From NCBI GenBank assembly GCA_964187785.1, contig OZ076410.1, forward strand, positions 42,656,001 through 42,720,000: 64,000 bases of DNA, in the 5' to 3' direction. Position numbers and translations under genes: made by a program. The stretch's first letter is position 1. Each line of letters begins with the position of its first letter. Below the pieces are notes generated by a model. The model was not told the origin of the DNA, did no database searches, and saw nothing but the letters and a program-made list of their open reading frames with translations. Below are positions 9,801 to 22,824 of the stretch, piece after piece. The DNA is from Amphiscolops sp. MND2022. Taxonomy: Eukaryota.

Positions 9801-12300
9801 AGTGATCGGTTTGGGTGTTTCCCAGAAGATGTGTCCGAATTCTTTGAATGCATAGTAGAAAGCTAAAAGATCCTTGGCGTATATCGACATTTCAAGTTGC
9901 GATGGCGTAAATGTCTTTGACCCATGCAATTGGAGCGTATGATTTTTTGACAGAGGAATATTTTTGATTTGGGTCGTCCTCGGTGAGTATGGCGTGGCCG
10001 GTTGCTGTAAAGCTAGCATCTGTCATTAAGACTAGTTTCTTGTTTGGCTATGGTTGCTTAAGGGCGAGTGGACTACATTTGTCAAGAGCTAGATTAATTT
10101 CGTTAAATTGTTGTACTAACTCTGTGGTCGCTAGGTCCTTTTCGTCCTTTTTTAGGAGTGGGAAGAAAGGGGCTTGTTTTGCGGACAGCCTTGGGATGTA
10201 GCTCCTATAGTAGTTCAGGAATCCAAAGTATCTATGTGGTGGTTTTTTGGACTTTGGGATTTTTGTTTGTTCTAGGAAATGTGTTATTCTCTGTTTCTGT
10301 GATTTGACGCCTTCGGGAGTTATTGTTCTCCCTAGAAAATCAATTGGCGTTGCCCCAAAGTGGCATTTATGCCTTGTTAGCTTGGGTCCCGCTTTTCTGA
10401 TGCCTTCAAATGTCGCTTTTAGGTTTTTGATAAGGTGATCAGCGTCATTGGCGGCTATGCCTATATCGTCTACATATTGGGCACATTGGTCGGCTTTAAT
10501 AACTTTGTCGAGATATTCTCGCATAAAGCTTGAAAACGCCGATAATGCTCTGCTAAGGCCCTGGGCAAGTCTTCTGTAGGCAAAGGTGCGGCTTGCAAAA
10601 TTGAACGCAAGCATCTCGATGGACCTTTGGTCCGTCATTGGAAGACAGTGATATGCCTTTGAGCAGTCATTTTTACAGAACAGCTTCTTGCCTGCCAGAT
10701 GTTGCGCAGCGTCCGATAGGGTACTAACTGCTTGGTTGTTATTTATATAATCGTCTGAAATGAGGTTGTTAATTTTTCTCAGATCGACCAGCAGTCTTTG
10801 TTTTTCTTTCGATTTTTTCTGTGCAAATATGGGGCTGGCATAATTGGCGAATGGCAGTGTGGTTATTATGCCAAATTTTGGTAAAAGGGCCAGCTCGACA
10901 AGTATACCTTCTTTTAATTTGACTGTGGTTGAAAGACTTAGGCTATAAACAGGCGAATCGTCTTTAGGGGTTAGTTTGACCGTGAATTCTTCGTTCATCC
11001 CTATATCAAATCTGTGTCTTACGAATATATCGTGGTATGCAACTAGGAGCGATTCGATCTTTTTGATTTATGTTGTTGAAGCATCGAGTCTTTCCAATCA
11101 AAGTTACTAAGGATTTTACGGCGTGATTCCTTATCGTTCTGAGGGTCCAGTTGTTCAGCTTCTTGGAGATTGCGTAATTCTTGAAGAATTTGTCTTTGAG
11201 TAGGAGTGCGGGACTCTTCGTCCCCAGGGTTTTCTGCTGTTGGAAACCAGTACACTTTGTATTGGTCATTGTCTCGGCTGGCCTTGACTAGACCACTGAC
11301 ATGGTAAATCGCATCTTCTTCAGTTTCGTTGACGAGATGGTATGTGGACCCCGGATCTATTGGTTTGACGTGCTTCATTTGTTCCGGAGTTAGTACTGAG
11401 AATTTTGCTATGTGTAGTCCCTTCTTAAATTTGTAGGCTTGATCTGTGAAGGTATTGATATGGACGTTGACGGTTCCGTTGGTCAACGTAACGATTGCGG
11501 CACAGATTGTGATATCGCCTTCCTCGTGAAGGAGATAGCTGGGTTGCAACACTCCTGCGGCCGTGTTTTCATTGTAAATCTGGGATTTGATCTCAACTAC
11601 GACACGATCATTGGGTGGTATTGTTGAATCGTCTGGGTTAAGTATAGGTTCCAGGACGTTAGAGTATTTATGGTCAACCGTTTTAAGTTGCATGGCGAAA
11701 TATGGAAAGTTGAGTTGGCCTTGTCGCATGTCCAAGACTGGATGGTTCCTCTGGAGGAACATTAGTCCTATAATGGGGCCAGTCAGTTTTTCCATTACTA
11801 TGAAGATTTCATGGAATTCGATGTCCCCAACTTCGAACTTAAGTTCGACGGTACTCTTTGGGGTCTCCAATTGCCCATTTGCGACATGATTTGGAATGTT
11901 GGAGCAGGTCCTTTTTGACTATGGATTGGGGCGCTAATAGGCGTATTTTCTTGAGGTCTGCTTCTGGGATTGCACTAGAGAGGGCTCCAGTGTCGATGAG
12001 GCCGTCTATGGTTAATCCCCCAAAGTCCATCGGGAAATATAGTATCCGTTTCTTTAATTTGAGTCCGAGGTTTGTGGATAAGGGTACGTATGCTGGTTCT
12101 CCTTCTTTAGTTACTAGGACATGTAAAAAAGCTGATTCATCTAACATGCCGGGTTCGGTCCGTGGCCCGTTTTCGATGATTGGGTCCTCTATTCCCTCCA
12201 CAACAGTTATTTTAGAATTAGGCTGCCACAGTTCGATGAGTGCCCTTGATATAATTTTATCTGGGATTTCGGGGTCATCTTCATCGTCTGTTGGTGAGTA
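6466..12300 (-). pseudogene. pol: Gypsy pol (protease, RT, RNase H, integrase) with many frameshifts
   Basis: LIDTGALSS protease; RT KNDCSKAY...RRLAQGL...QYVDDIG; RNase H LTDAS-like region and TDNKSV; integrase zinc finger LHGTAHKPG..C..C, core TDKGTAF, C-terminal KYNLRPNP. Confidence 0.92.
7688..8458. mobile_element. 771-bp non-autonomous DNA element (MITE-like) inserted in the integrase, with 22-bp TIRs and 2-bp AC TSD
   Basis: Left end CGTTACAGTGCATCTGCAAGCT, right end AGCTTGCAGATGCACTGTAATG (1 mismatch). AC at 7686-7687 and 8459-8460. Removing the element plus one AC restores integrase codons HNVLDHKLG. Confidence 0.85.
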
Positions 12301-14327
12301 ATTTTCTCACATAAATTACAATTTCCGTTGGTCGTGAAGGGAATTGTCCTAGCATGGATCTACCCCATATTCGTGGTCAATGTAATGAGGATTATAACCT
12401 TCGATTTGATGAAGTGGTCTGAATCGTGTTTCAAAGGCTTCAGTGTAGTCCATGTCGTAGTATTGGTCAGGGCGGTCGTTGTGAACCATTTTGTACAATT
12501 TAAGATAGGCTTCTTCATCTGTTGCTGCCAGACAACTGATTGTATTCCATTGATTGATGTCACTATGGTTTTGTTTGTACGTTTAGTTAGATGGGTCGGA
12601 TATGACATATTGTCGTATCGACATTCGGTCACATATTTCGAGTCGTTGCAAAAATGGTTTTTTTAATCAGGTTTCTTTAAGTTCGATTGACCTGATGTAG
12701 ATGTTGTAGATTTTTCGTTTTTAGTGTGGGTGTCTTCATCTTCAGAGGGCTCCATATTTTTGGAGTCCTGTCTATTCCGTTTGGGACCCGGCACCACGCC
12801 AGCATTTCTCTGCTGGGTGATTAGTTTTGCTGCAGGTGGGACATTCTGGATAGGTTGGACGTTGAGGCTTCTTGCCGTTTTTGGCCTCCGTTTCTTTTTT
12901 CTTTTTGTGTTTTGGACAGTTTTTCCAAAATGGTCTTCAGTCTTGCAGCATGAGCATTGTTTATTTTTGTTGGTATCAATGCCATTGGATAGTAAATTTC
13001 GCGCTTTGCCTGACGATGAAGCCATTGTGGCAATGGGCAAATAGTCAGATTCTTCTAAGGCGTTCAATTCAAGTTCTCTTTCGGGGTGTGCTACGATTTC
13101 CTCATATGTCCCGTTTTCTAGCCTGGCCATGTTCACCAAGCGTTTGAGTTTGGGCGGTAGTTTGAGCAATCGATCATGCTTTTAGCATTCTCTCCAAAGG
13201 CTTTCCCGGCACCCTGGTTAAGTTCTTCGAGAAAGTCGGGCAATTTCATCGTGTTGGGATCAAAAATGAGTCGGTGCCACTTATGTTTGGCTGTGGCTTG
13301 GGACTCGGGTTTGACGTTGCTTCTGCGAAAGATGACCAATACGTCCTCCAGTATTTGACGGTTTATAGAGTTTATATTGCGAAATCTTTGTAGAGCCCCC
13401 TTCCTGAGTAATGAATGAAAGTGATTTATTTTCATCTGTTGCAGTCATTGTGGGCTGAATTTGGATCATTGTATGAAATAGATCTTCAAACAGTTTGAAT
13501 TTCTCTGTTTTGCCGTCAAAAGTCAAAGGGTTTGTCGTGACCGGTCGAAATGTCATTGAGTGTGGTTTGTTTTGGAGATTTTCCAAGACATCTGCCAGTC
13601 GGTTGTTGGGGTCTTGTGGCTGTTCGGCTGTAACCGGCTCGGTCACTGGTAGAGTTGTATCCAGGGTTTTATCATGCGCGGATTCTTGTGTCTGAAGGTC
13701 TGGCTAAGAGTGAATTCGTCCTGTCAAGAATTCAGGAATCTGCTGTTGGAGTTCGTTAGTTCCTGTCACCATGTAAGGAACATTGTCCATGTGACCTCTC
13801 AAATCACAAGTGGACCTGGAAACCTTCCTTGCAAGTTTCGTGTTTGCGTTGTTCCACACATTTTCGGATCCGTCCTCACTTGTGGACACACACGGCTCAA
13901 CGCCATGTTGGTTCAAAGGCAAGTTTTCCACCATGCTTTGTATCTCTGGGATAACTCTCTCGCTTAATGCACAACTAATGGCCTTACTAATTTGAGTATG
14001 CATAACTTCCATCGTTGCTTCCGTTTCCCGAGACATCCTGACGTTCATTTCTCCTGACAGTGTGTTGATCGACTTTATTAGTCTACTTTCTCTAACAGGC
14101 TCATTTCTACTATCAATGTCTCTAATTTCATTCTCCAAAGATGAATTTTCTCTTTTGGGGAAAGACTGAAAAACGTCCCTCGGGACGTTAATGAGACTGT
14201 CCATTTCTCTTTCTATAGAGTTAGAATTTCCGTCACCTAACATTACATCCATATTGCCATAACCGGACCACTTATCTGACTCCCTTGACTTTCTAGCCTT
14301 AGCCTTTTGTTTTCTTGAGAAAGGCAT
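12300..14327 (-). pseudogene. gag: Gypsy gag (starts MPFSRKQKAK inside the 5' LTR), frameshifted
   Basis: ORFs 13704-14453, 13281-13646, 13133-13435 and 12663-13169. LTFDGKTEKF..FEDLF capsid-like region and degenerate Cys/His knuckles; homologous to the gag at 52.7-54.1 kb. Confidence 0.8.
13761..13771 (-). other. primer-binding site, tRNA-Leu(CAG)-like
   Basis: Minus ...CCTTACA|TGGTGACAGGA, one mismatch to the usual TGGTGTCAGGAG. The same CA|TGGTGACAGGAG occurs at 52994-53007 in element C. Confidence 0.65.
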
Positions 14328-15385
14328 TGAAAATGTTCCTCCAGGAGAAAATATTTGAATTGTTCCTGTAGAACTTGGTTTTACAGTGAATCTAGTACGA
14401 CATGTATAAGAGCAACTGAACAATAACCGTATAATCATCAATTGTGTCTCCAAGGCCCAACTTGGACATATTTATACCCAAGCGGGCATGACACCCGTAA
14501 ATTTAACGGTCATGATGATAAATAACACAAAGGCTGAACATAGTTACATCATGATTATTAATAGCAACATAACGTCACTGTGGAATTGTGAGGTCGGTTA
14601 GATCAAAGCGCCCAACAAGGACACAGGGCGTATGGGTCAAATTGTTTACAAGCTTAATTTCATGTATGAAACAATTTTACATGCATCACATATTCATGTT
14701 GGCCCTGTACGGCTCATGGCCGCAAGGGATTATTTAGATTCACTTCTTTATAGGAAAAGAGGGGCAACACTACATTTTGATATTTACATGAGGTTGAGTA
14801 TTCTGTAATTCACAGCATATATTTCACCAGGACATTGTCATAGGTAAAATCAATTTTATATTCATTCTGAAGAATGGAAGTTGACTGGCCGTATCAGGCC
14901 TCATTTCCATATCATAACAGCATTACCATCGTTTTGACAAGTAAGGCTAATTAGTTATTAAGGCCGTACTCGTTTTGTTCTATTCATTCAATATTAGCGC
15001 AGTATATCAACAAAAAACAATTAGACCGCCTAGGCCAAGTGGCCGTGCCGGTCCATTCCGATTAGTAAATGAATACATCATAGCAACTACAATTGGCTAG
15101 AAAAGCTCTGATTGGCTAAATCGCCGTGTGCGGCTATGCTAGCTATACTGAACAGGCAAACATTTGAACTCGTTTCCTTTCTGCCTGTCAGTATAGCTTG
15201 CTGTCAAATATTAACTGCACTACATAAACATACAAAAACATAAATTGATTTACATGTGTTGAAAACTTTGAAAAATAAGTAGTGTTTTCAAGTTTATTAG
15301 CTATTGCAGTTATATGGGCACTGTTCTGGGTAGGGCAATAGGTAGGCTGCCGTCAATGGTGTAGTAATTACTACCGCCTGCGACA
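13772..15385 (-). repeat. 5' LTR of element A (~1.6 kb, TGT...ACA), containing a TATA box and the gag start
   Basis: Right part matches 1-554; left end abuts the PBS. Minus-strand TATAAATA near 14470 precedes the gag ATG at 14327. Confidence 0.75.
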
Positions 15386-15926
15386 ACTTCTTGTTTTGAA
15401 AGACAAAAACAGTGAATAAGAACGTAATTGTCGTCAAAATGTGTGAAAAATGTTTTGTTCAAACAAAAACTATTTCAATCGATGTTAACTTTCGGTTATG
15501 GAAGAAGGCTTTACATTTAATTAGTCCAGTCTGAACTTTTCATGGAAAATTACGTCTAAAAACTTCGGTGATGGGGGGCAGAAAAGAGCCACAAGATGAA
15601 ACACATAAGACACATTTTCAGACGAAATGCCAGTTTGTACTCGCAGGGTCATGTTACACCTGAACGTTCTACGAAGTGACAAGTTCAAACGAAATCTGAA
15701 GGGTGTCGAATTAGATAGCACTTGCACCACAATATGGCAATTCAGCAATTGGCTAAAACTCAGTTGATGTTTTTTTCAAATCTCAGACACCAAAATGTAT
15801 ATTAATTGCTTTCTTATTTTGTTATACCCTAGTTCTGCTCGCTCTCTTTATGTAATAACCAGGGGTTGGTTTTCTGAGTACTCATTCATGACTCATGTAT
15901 AGTCAAATCTTTCCATTCATAGCCAG

Positions 15927-18900
15927 TGTATGTGGAATGCAAAGGTCAAACTGTCATCCGAAACTGATGCAAACAGAGAGTTGTTTAAAGTGTTCGTACA
16001 CAAACTCTAATTAGATTTCGGTCTAATTTATGTTACTGTGCATGATGTTGTTACCATAGTTTTGTTGAACCACATTAGAAAACAGTTGAAGATATATATT
16101 TGCATACCATATCAGTTTAATCATAGATAAGATATCTTAATATGGCGCGGAAGTCAAGATCTGTGATCCTTTTATATTGCGTAAAATATTTTTACCAACA
16201 AATCTACCATCTACGGCAACAACAACTAACATAAAACGATCATACTTGGAAGACACCGGACTTGACGGGAAAAACATAAGCACACCAAAAGAATGGACCA
16301 AAAGATTCCGGCATTACGTAAAGTGAATCCACGATATCGACATCAAGCAGATACTAGTGGACGAAACGACACCAGCCGGGATGAAGAAGAACCGGAGATC
16401 AGACCAGACTTAATGTGGGTCGCTGGACCGTCGTCAATTGAAATAATCACCAAAGGCGAATTCAACATGGATCTAGGCAACATTAAAATGAGCAAGTTGA
16501 TACCATTGTTCCGGGAACATTATATGTCAAAAAGTAATCTTATCACAGCAGCGGAGAAAACAACAAGATGATGAAACACCTGAAGAACTTCGGAAAAAAA
16601 TAATAACCATGGAAAAACTGCGATTTCAAAGACGTAAAACAAAAAGACACACTAATATTGAAACCTATTGCAAGTATCAACAAGTATCACGGAGAAACTA
16701 TTCCGTGAAAAACCTCGATTTTGAAAACCACCGAAGAGGACGTAACCGAAAAAAGCTATGACCGGCGGTACAATCAACCTACCATTCCATCGGCACTGGC
16801 AAAAGATAAAGAAAGAAATTAAACCAATCGTGGAGCTACTCCAAAAGCAAGACAAAACCGAGAAAAACTTAGAATACAAAAGAAAAACAACTGCGGTTTC
16901 TGTGGACAACAGAATTGAACGCCAACATAACTGCCCGGCGAAAATGGTAAAATGCAACAACTGCCAGAAATAGGGCACTTTGCACGGGCGTGCAGCGGGA
17001 AACCAAACAACACTAAGAAAAGAATAAACTATTTGGAAGACATGACCTCGGAACAAGTTGAAGAAGAATGTCAACCCAAAAAAACCTGTCTAGTTACACA
17101 ATGGAACAAAATTACACCGAACAACAACGATCATTATGGTGTCGAGTTGAAATAAACGCAAAAAAAGTCAGAATTGTTAGCGGCTTTCCCGTCACCATCA
17201 TGCGAAACAAACCAACACTGTGCGAAATAGAAGACATTCAACCGATGAAAGAAAGATATCAAGACGTGAACAAGAATGAGATGTGAACTTTTTTGGAATG
17301 ATATGGGTAGATGCAGAATACAACAACACATAGACGAAACTTTCATGCAGAGTTTGACTATCGCTACTTATCACAAAGAGGCATAACATGGCGCCTTTAC
17401 TGGGAGTAGATTGTCTGAATCACTTACCAATTCCAATCAACAAACTCTCATTGTACAAAGAACCGAACCAACCATAATCAATCTACACAATTTTCAAAGA
17501 ACTGTTCAAAAGAAATCACAGTCTCAAAAACACCAATACCATGCCATTTACAGAATGATGTGAATAATGAACTAGACCGACTGATAAAGTCCGGACACAT
17601 GGTAAAAACTAGAGACAATCGAAGAAGACTGTTCCCTATCTCCTGTAGAAAAAACGGTCAGAAGGTTAAGTTGGTCAAAATTGGTACTGGGCGTCCGTAA
17701 ACTAAACGGCAGTTGCAAGAAAAAGAGACTGCACATGCCAAACATCGACCAGCTACTCAACCAAATCTCAGCCGAACATTCAAAGAACGGGTCGGATCCA
17801 ATCTGGATATCAGGAAACTAGCACACATTGTTATTTAGCAAACACGGGATAGAAATTTATTGAATACTACCGTTTCCCAAAGCGATTATAACCAGAATTC
17901 TAACGATTTTCGAAGTGAAATAGACCGAACACTCTGTCACTAGAAACACTAGTGTGGTTAGACGACATAATAGTCGTAACACGCGCAAAAAAGCACACTA
18001 AACACTGAAACGTTTGAATCAGTTCAGACAGAAGTAGAAAATGAAGGCTACAGAGCCAACAAAAAGAAATCAAGCATTCATCGGGACGAAACTGTATGGG
18101 GATACACAAATTCGCAAGAACAAAGAAAAGGATGATGCCATCAACAACCTGGATCCACCAAAGGAAAGCGCCAGAACGTTGAAATGTCATCTAGGAGCAA
18201 TTAAATAGTTCGCAAAGTTCTTACCGAACCTATCCGAGAAGACGGCCGACAAGTCACTAAAAAAGGAACGAATCGGAAATGGATGGAAGAGCGGAGTGCA
18301 TACTTCAACAATCTAAAAAGAGAACTCACGACACAACAGCGCCTATCACACTACAACGGCAACAAAGAAAATATCGTCACAACAGACGCCGGCTACAACG
18401 ATAGCACTGTGACAAAGACAAAGCAACGGTGAATTGAAACCCACTTTTTTGTCAGCCGCTACTTGAATAGCATAGAGAAGAAATATTCCCCCGGCGAATC
18501 AAACCGGAATTGCTAGCTGGGGTCTGGAACAGTTTAGGTTTCACCTATATGGTAAACAACTTCAATTATTCTCCAACCACTAAATACTGGGACCACTATT
18601 GACAAAAAACAAAACAAATAAACAGTATAGTGCCCGAATAACACAGTGGCTAGATAGCCATTTCGACATAACCTTAAAATACACAGTCGCTTTGGAAATC
18701 AACCCAACTTCAATAACCGTAATCCGGCAAAAAATGGGGAACCAGAAGAATATTACGAACAAGAAATTGTCATCAACGAAATCGCGCTACTTAACACAGT
18801 AAATGACCGCGTTGGACGAAATTTCAACAAATCGGAAAGCGCGAACACGGACAAGACGGCAAACTTGCATGTTACGCACGCGCAAATTGATACCGCAAAA

Positions 18901-21312
18901 CAAACAGCCACCATTCTCATCCGAGTTTGCCCGCTAATCAGGATTAACACTGCAAACACATACCGTCTCGCTAAATCTCAATCCAAAATGAACGACGACA
19001 TCAACAATAATTGTCAAGAATGGGACAAAATTGATAGCGAAATCAGATTGAGATACCACTGAGGGGCAGATGACCAGAATATGAACCTTATCAACAGAAG
19101 GCATAATTTTCCATAGACCACAGAAAGAAGAATTGAGCTGACAAATCTGGGACACATGCGCCACGACTCGCACAAGACGCAGGACAGGAAATTTCTGATC
19201 CCCAGTAGACCTGACGACGCAGTTCGAAAGGAAATGAAAACAATTGACCTCCAATTATGGCGGTAAAAAGAATACAATTCGGAGGTGACTGCTACTTCAA
19301 GGGATTTGGCAACGAAGTTCCGCCAAAGCTGGAATCAACAATCGACACAAATCCGGACACCATCTGTATATAAAACCAACTCAAGACACCGAGTCTACTC
19401 TTCCATCAACACCAGTGGAGCTCATTACGACTCAAGAACCGGGTGCCTACCCGGCAATCCCCGTTCAAGAGTACCGCGACGAATCCATCGACGAAATAGT
19501 TGTCCACTATGTACGTATAAACCGGTAAATCAAGAACAAGGCGACACGCAACCAGTAGCAACAGAACAATATCCGATCCACCAAGCTGAATTTTCTGCTC
19601 GACCAGGATACCTTCATCAAAGAAACGGCCACAGATTCAGAACTGATGGACGTTTATGGCTACCTGGAAGACAGTGATACACGACAAATCCCAGAATACT
19701 ATGAAGAGATGGCAAAGAAACTGAGCTCCGCTGGGGAATAACCATGGTGGACGGCCGAATCATCGTTACGCAGCACCAAATGCCCTACATTTCGGCCATC
19801 CAGGGATCAACAAAATGTGCAGCGATGCAGAAAGTTTTTGGTAGCCGAACATGCGCTCTAACATCGAGAATAAGACGAAACCATGTTCTGCCTTCCTGAA
19901 TGCCGGTAAGAATCTAAAACCTCAAATCCCTAGCACCAAAAAATCAAAAATCGATCTGTCCAAATATCCAGGGGATGAAATCCGATTCCACTTCACGGGA
20001 AATTCCTCTGGTTTTACATTAGTCGCCGTAAATGAAAAGAGCCGCTGACTGTAGCCAAAATCTGTAAAATTACCAAAAATGACCAGGTATTTTTGTATGA
20101 ACATTCCTCTATGAATACTTAAATGTACATGGCGTACCAAAAACAAATTGAATTGGACAAAGGCAGTTCTTTTATCTCCAAAAAATTAAAGTTTTTACAG
20201 CGAACACAATATAATCCCAGACTACGGTACGCCAAGTCTGCATACCGGCATGGAATTGGATGAAAGATCTATTCAGTCAATGAAAAACTTGACAAAAGCA
20301 ATTTTTGAGAACGAAAAAAACTTACGTGAAAACCTGAATAAAGCGCTATGCGTTCTCCAATTCACTACTTTTTCGGAGACAAAAAAACCCGCTTTGAACT
20401 GCACTTCGAACGAAATCCCAGGTCTGATGTGTCTAACCTAAAAAATCCTGTTCGGCTGATTAAAAAAAACCTATCATTTTACATCACTCGCACCTCAGCC
20501 GTAGAAATAACGGATCATCTGGTGATGTCCAGAAAGAAAACCAATGACCTGAAGTATCGGAGGTAATGACATTCTTGCAGAACAAGAAACCGTCCAATAC
20601 GGTGCGCATGAAAGTCAAACTACCCATTCACAATTTTGAGAAAGCGTACCCCTGACAAGTGTCTACAAATCGGCAATCAAACCCATGGACTTTGACATGA
20701 TCATTGTGTCAGAGGACGAAGACTTTCAATGTTACAACACGAGCGAAGGAAAGCCCGTCCACGCCAACATTGACGATAAGCTGCAGTTCTTGCCGAAAGA
20801 GACGAACTCAACCCCAGAGTCAGGTATAAACACAGAAAAATTATCTAATGATCATCACCAAGCGTGAGAATATCGAGAAGATTACCTTATACAAAGCAAA
20901 CCGAAAAATTAAGCGGAGTACGATACCATTCCAGTAACGATAAAAAAAGTGCCATTGTATTTTACACAAAAACCATAATAACCCGCCGCAGACAAACAAA
21001 TGTGAAGATCTGGAAAACCGTCAAATGCGGACAATCTTAGGGACGTTCTTGCAAAATAGTGAAATACGGAATCACAGCCTCAAGCAGCCCCTTACAACCG
21101 ATTGTATTGTGAAATGCAAAGGCCTTCTACCGAAACGGATCATGAGATAGAGTTGTTTAAATTGTTTGTAAACAAACACTAATTAGATTTCGAACTAATT
21201 TATGTTACCTTGTATGATATTGATATCATAGTTTTGTTCAACCAAGATATAATACATTTGAAGATATATTTGCATACCATATCGTTTTAACCATAGATTA
21301 GAGATCTTAACA
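15927..21312 (+). mobile_element. heavily decayed Gypsy element of a different (Mag/K02A2.6-like) type with ~215-bp LTRs
   Basis: Diverged direct repeats at 15927-16142 and 21103-21312 (TG...CA on the 3' copy); PBS-like TGGCGCGG at 16143. Gag knuckle HNCPAKMVKCNNCQK*GHFARAC; RT, RNase H and integrase-like remnants with numerous stops. No TSD found. Confidence 0.7.
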
Positions 21313-21496
21313 TTGGCATGGCGAGGCATGAATTTTGAATGAATCATGGTTTGAAATTGATATCCAGACAAGTTGACAAGTTGAAGTGATTGCTCATTTA
21401 TTTACAGTAGACTCGTATTTCATTATACAGAGAAAAGCGTTTTTCTTGAGATACAGATAGTTAATTATTCAGGCCTGCCCAATCTGTGTGTTGCAG

Positions 21497-21764
21497 GTGT
21501 GTACTACGGTGTGACATTGATGCTTATCACACTGTCAACGGGCATCAACGTGTTTGTGTTGAACATAGTGGACAGAGACACACCTGTGCCCAGATGGGTA
21601 CGCATTGTGTTCCTGCACTACATAGCCAACTACGTTGCCCCCAGTCTCCGCCAGCCCTACCCTGGATACAAGACACCTTCATTCAAAAACAAGGCCAACA
21701 GCAATTGCAAGTCCAAGCACAACTCACAGTCTCAACAAGCCTCTGCCATGACCATCAGGCATCA
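21497..21764 (+). CDS. Cys-loop ligand-gated ion channel (nicotinic acetylcholine receptor-like) subunit, M3 exon
   Basis: After the ttgcag acceptor: VYYGVTLMLITLSTGINVFVLNIVDRDTPVPRWVRIVFLHY (M3 plus P-x-W-x-R-x-x-F loop motif). Donor GTAATA at 21765 is phase-compatible with the next exon. Confidence 0.85.
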
Positions 21765-22596
21765 GTAATACTAAACAGCTGTAGTTCCTCTCTAGTAAAT
21801 CCAATTCCGCCAATTGCAATCCAAAAATTATATTCCCCAAGCTATAAACTACTACAGGAAGCAATTTCTCGCAAGACACTAATCTCGCCTGTCAAAAATT
21901 CAAAACTATTACTTCATCGACCATGCCTTTGACGAACATTTCCCAGGAGTAAAATTGTTTCAACACCTCCACAGTAGAGTCTGTTTTGGTAACCATCACT
22001 ATGCTTCAAGCTTTTATTTCAAACTTATAAAAAATAATGTAATAAACAAAAGTTTTGCTCTGAAACAATAAAAAACTGAAAAAAGAAATGCCGTTGAGAA
22101 AACAATCCTTTTTACTTTCAAACTATTTTAAATGTTGTACTCTGTATGCAGTTTCCGTCTTTTCTAGGATCGGTTATCTCTTAGACGGTTGGTTATTAGT
22201 CCTGCCTCTTTTGGCGCCAGCTCAAGCGATTGCATGGTCTACCTTCTCTTCAGCGTTAAATCATTTCAAAGATGCCATTCCTCCAAACAAATTAAAACCG
22301 TTTTCAATAAGAATTTTTGTGTAATAGTTTAAAGTTCTGTATTTTACTTGTATAGCGTTTCTTCTTGACCTCATTTAATTCTGGACTTCACCATCTTTGT
22401 TCATTTTTCGCTAATCATGTCGCAAATCATTTCGATATGTTCAAATTATACCTGGGAGTACGATACAACTATTGAAAAAAAACATTGGAATCTTCAAAAA
22501 ACCCAGTTTTGGAAAATTTGAAAATTGACAGTATATAAAAACATATTGTGGTTCCTCGCTCGAATATGTTCATTGCTGATGACGTCATGGCTGTAG

Positions 22597-22824
22597 TGAA
22601 AACGACAACTGGGCACATGTGGGTGTGAACTTAGTGAATGAGTACCAGAACAACGTGCAATTTTCTTCTCGACTGGCCTCGCACACTTCCACCTACCACG
22701 TGACCACCGGTACAAGCTGCTTCCCTAAAACCCCTGACTCGCCAATCAGGGAGATCACGGAGCTGCGTCTGGATGAGAACGGCAAACAGCTGGTCCAAGT
22801 CAGAAAGTATTTGGAATGGATCAG
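22597..22824 (+). CDS. nAChR-like subunit, intracellular-loop exon
   Basis: ctgtag acceptor and GT donor at 22825. Phase-2 junctions join in frame with both flanking exons (ca|t, ag|a). Confidence 0.7.

Larger units (their letters stand above)
1..15385 (-). mobile_element. Ty3/Gypsy LTR retrotransposon 'element A': 5'LTR-gag-pol, antisense hAT-like gene, ORF3, PPT, 3'LTR (3'LTR runs off the window start); degenerate
   Basis: Direct repeats at 1-554 and ~14845-15385, both ending ...GCGACA on plus (TGTCGC on minus). PPT AGGGGGAG at 555-562 and PBS-like TGGTGACAGGA at 13761-13771. Gag, PR (IDTG), RT (YVDD), RNase H and integrase motifs occur in Gypsy order. Confidence 0.85.
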
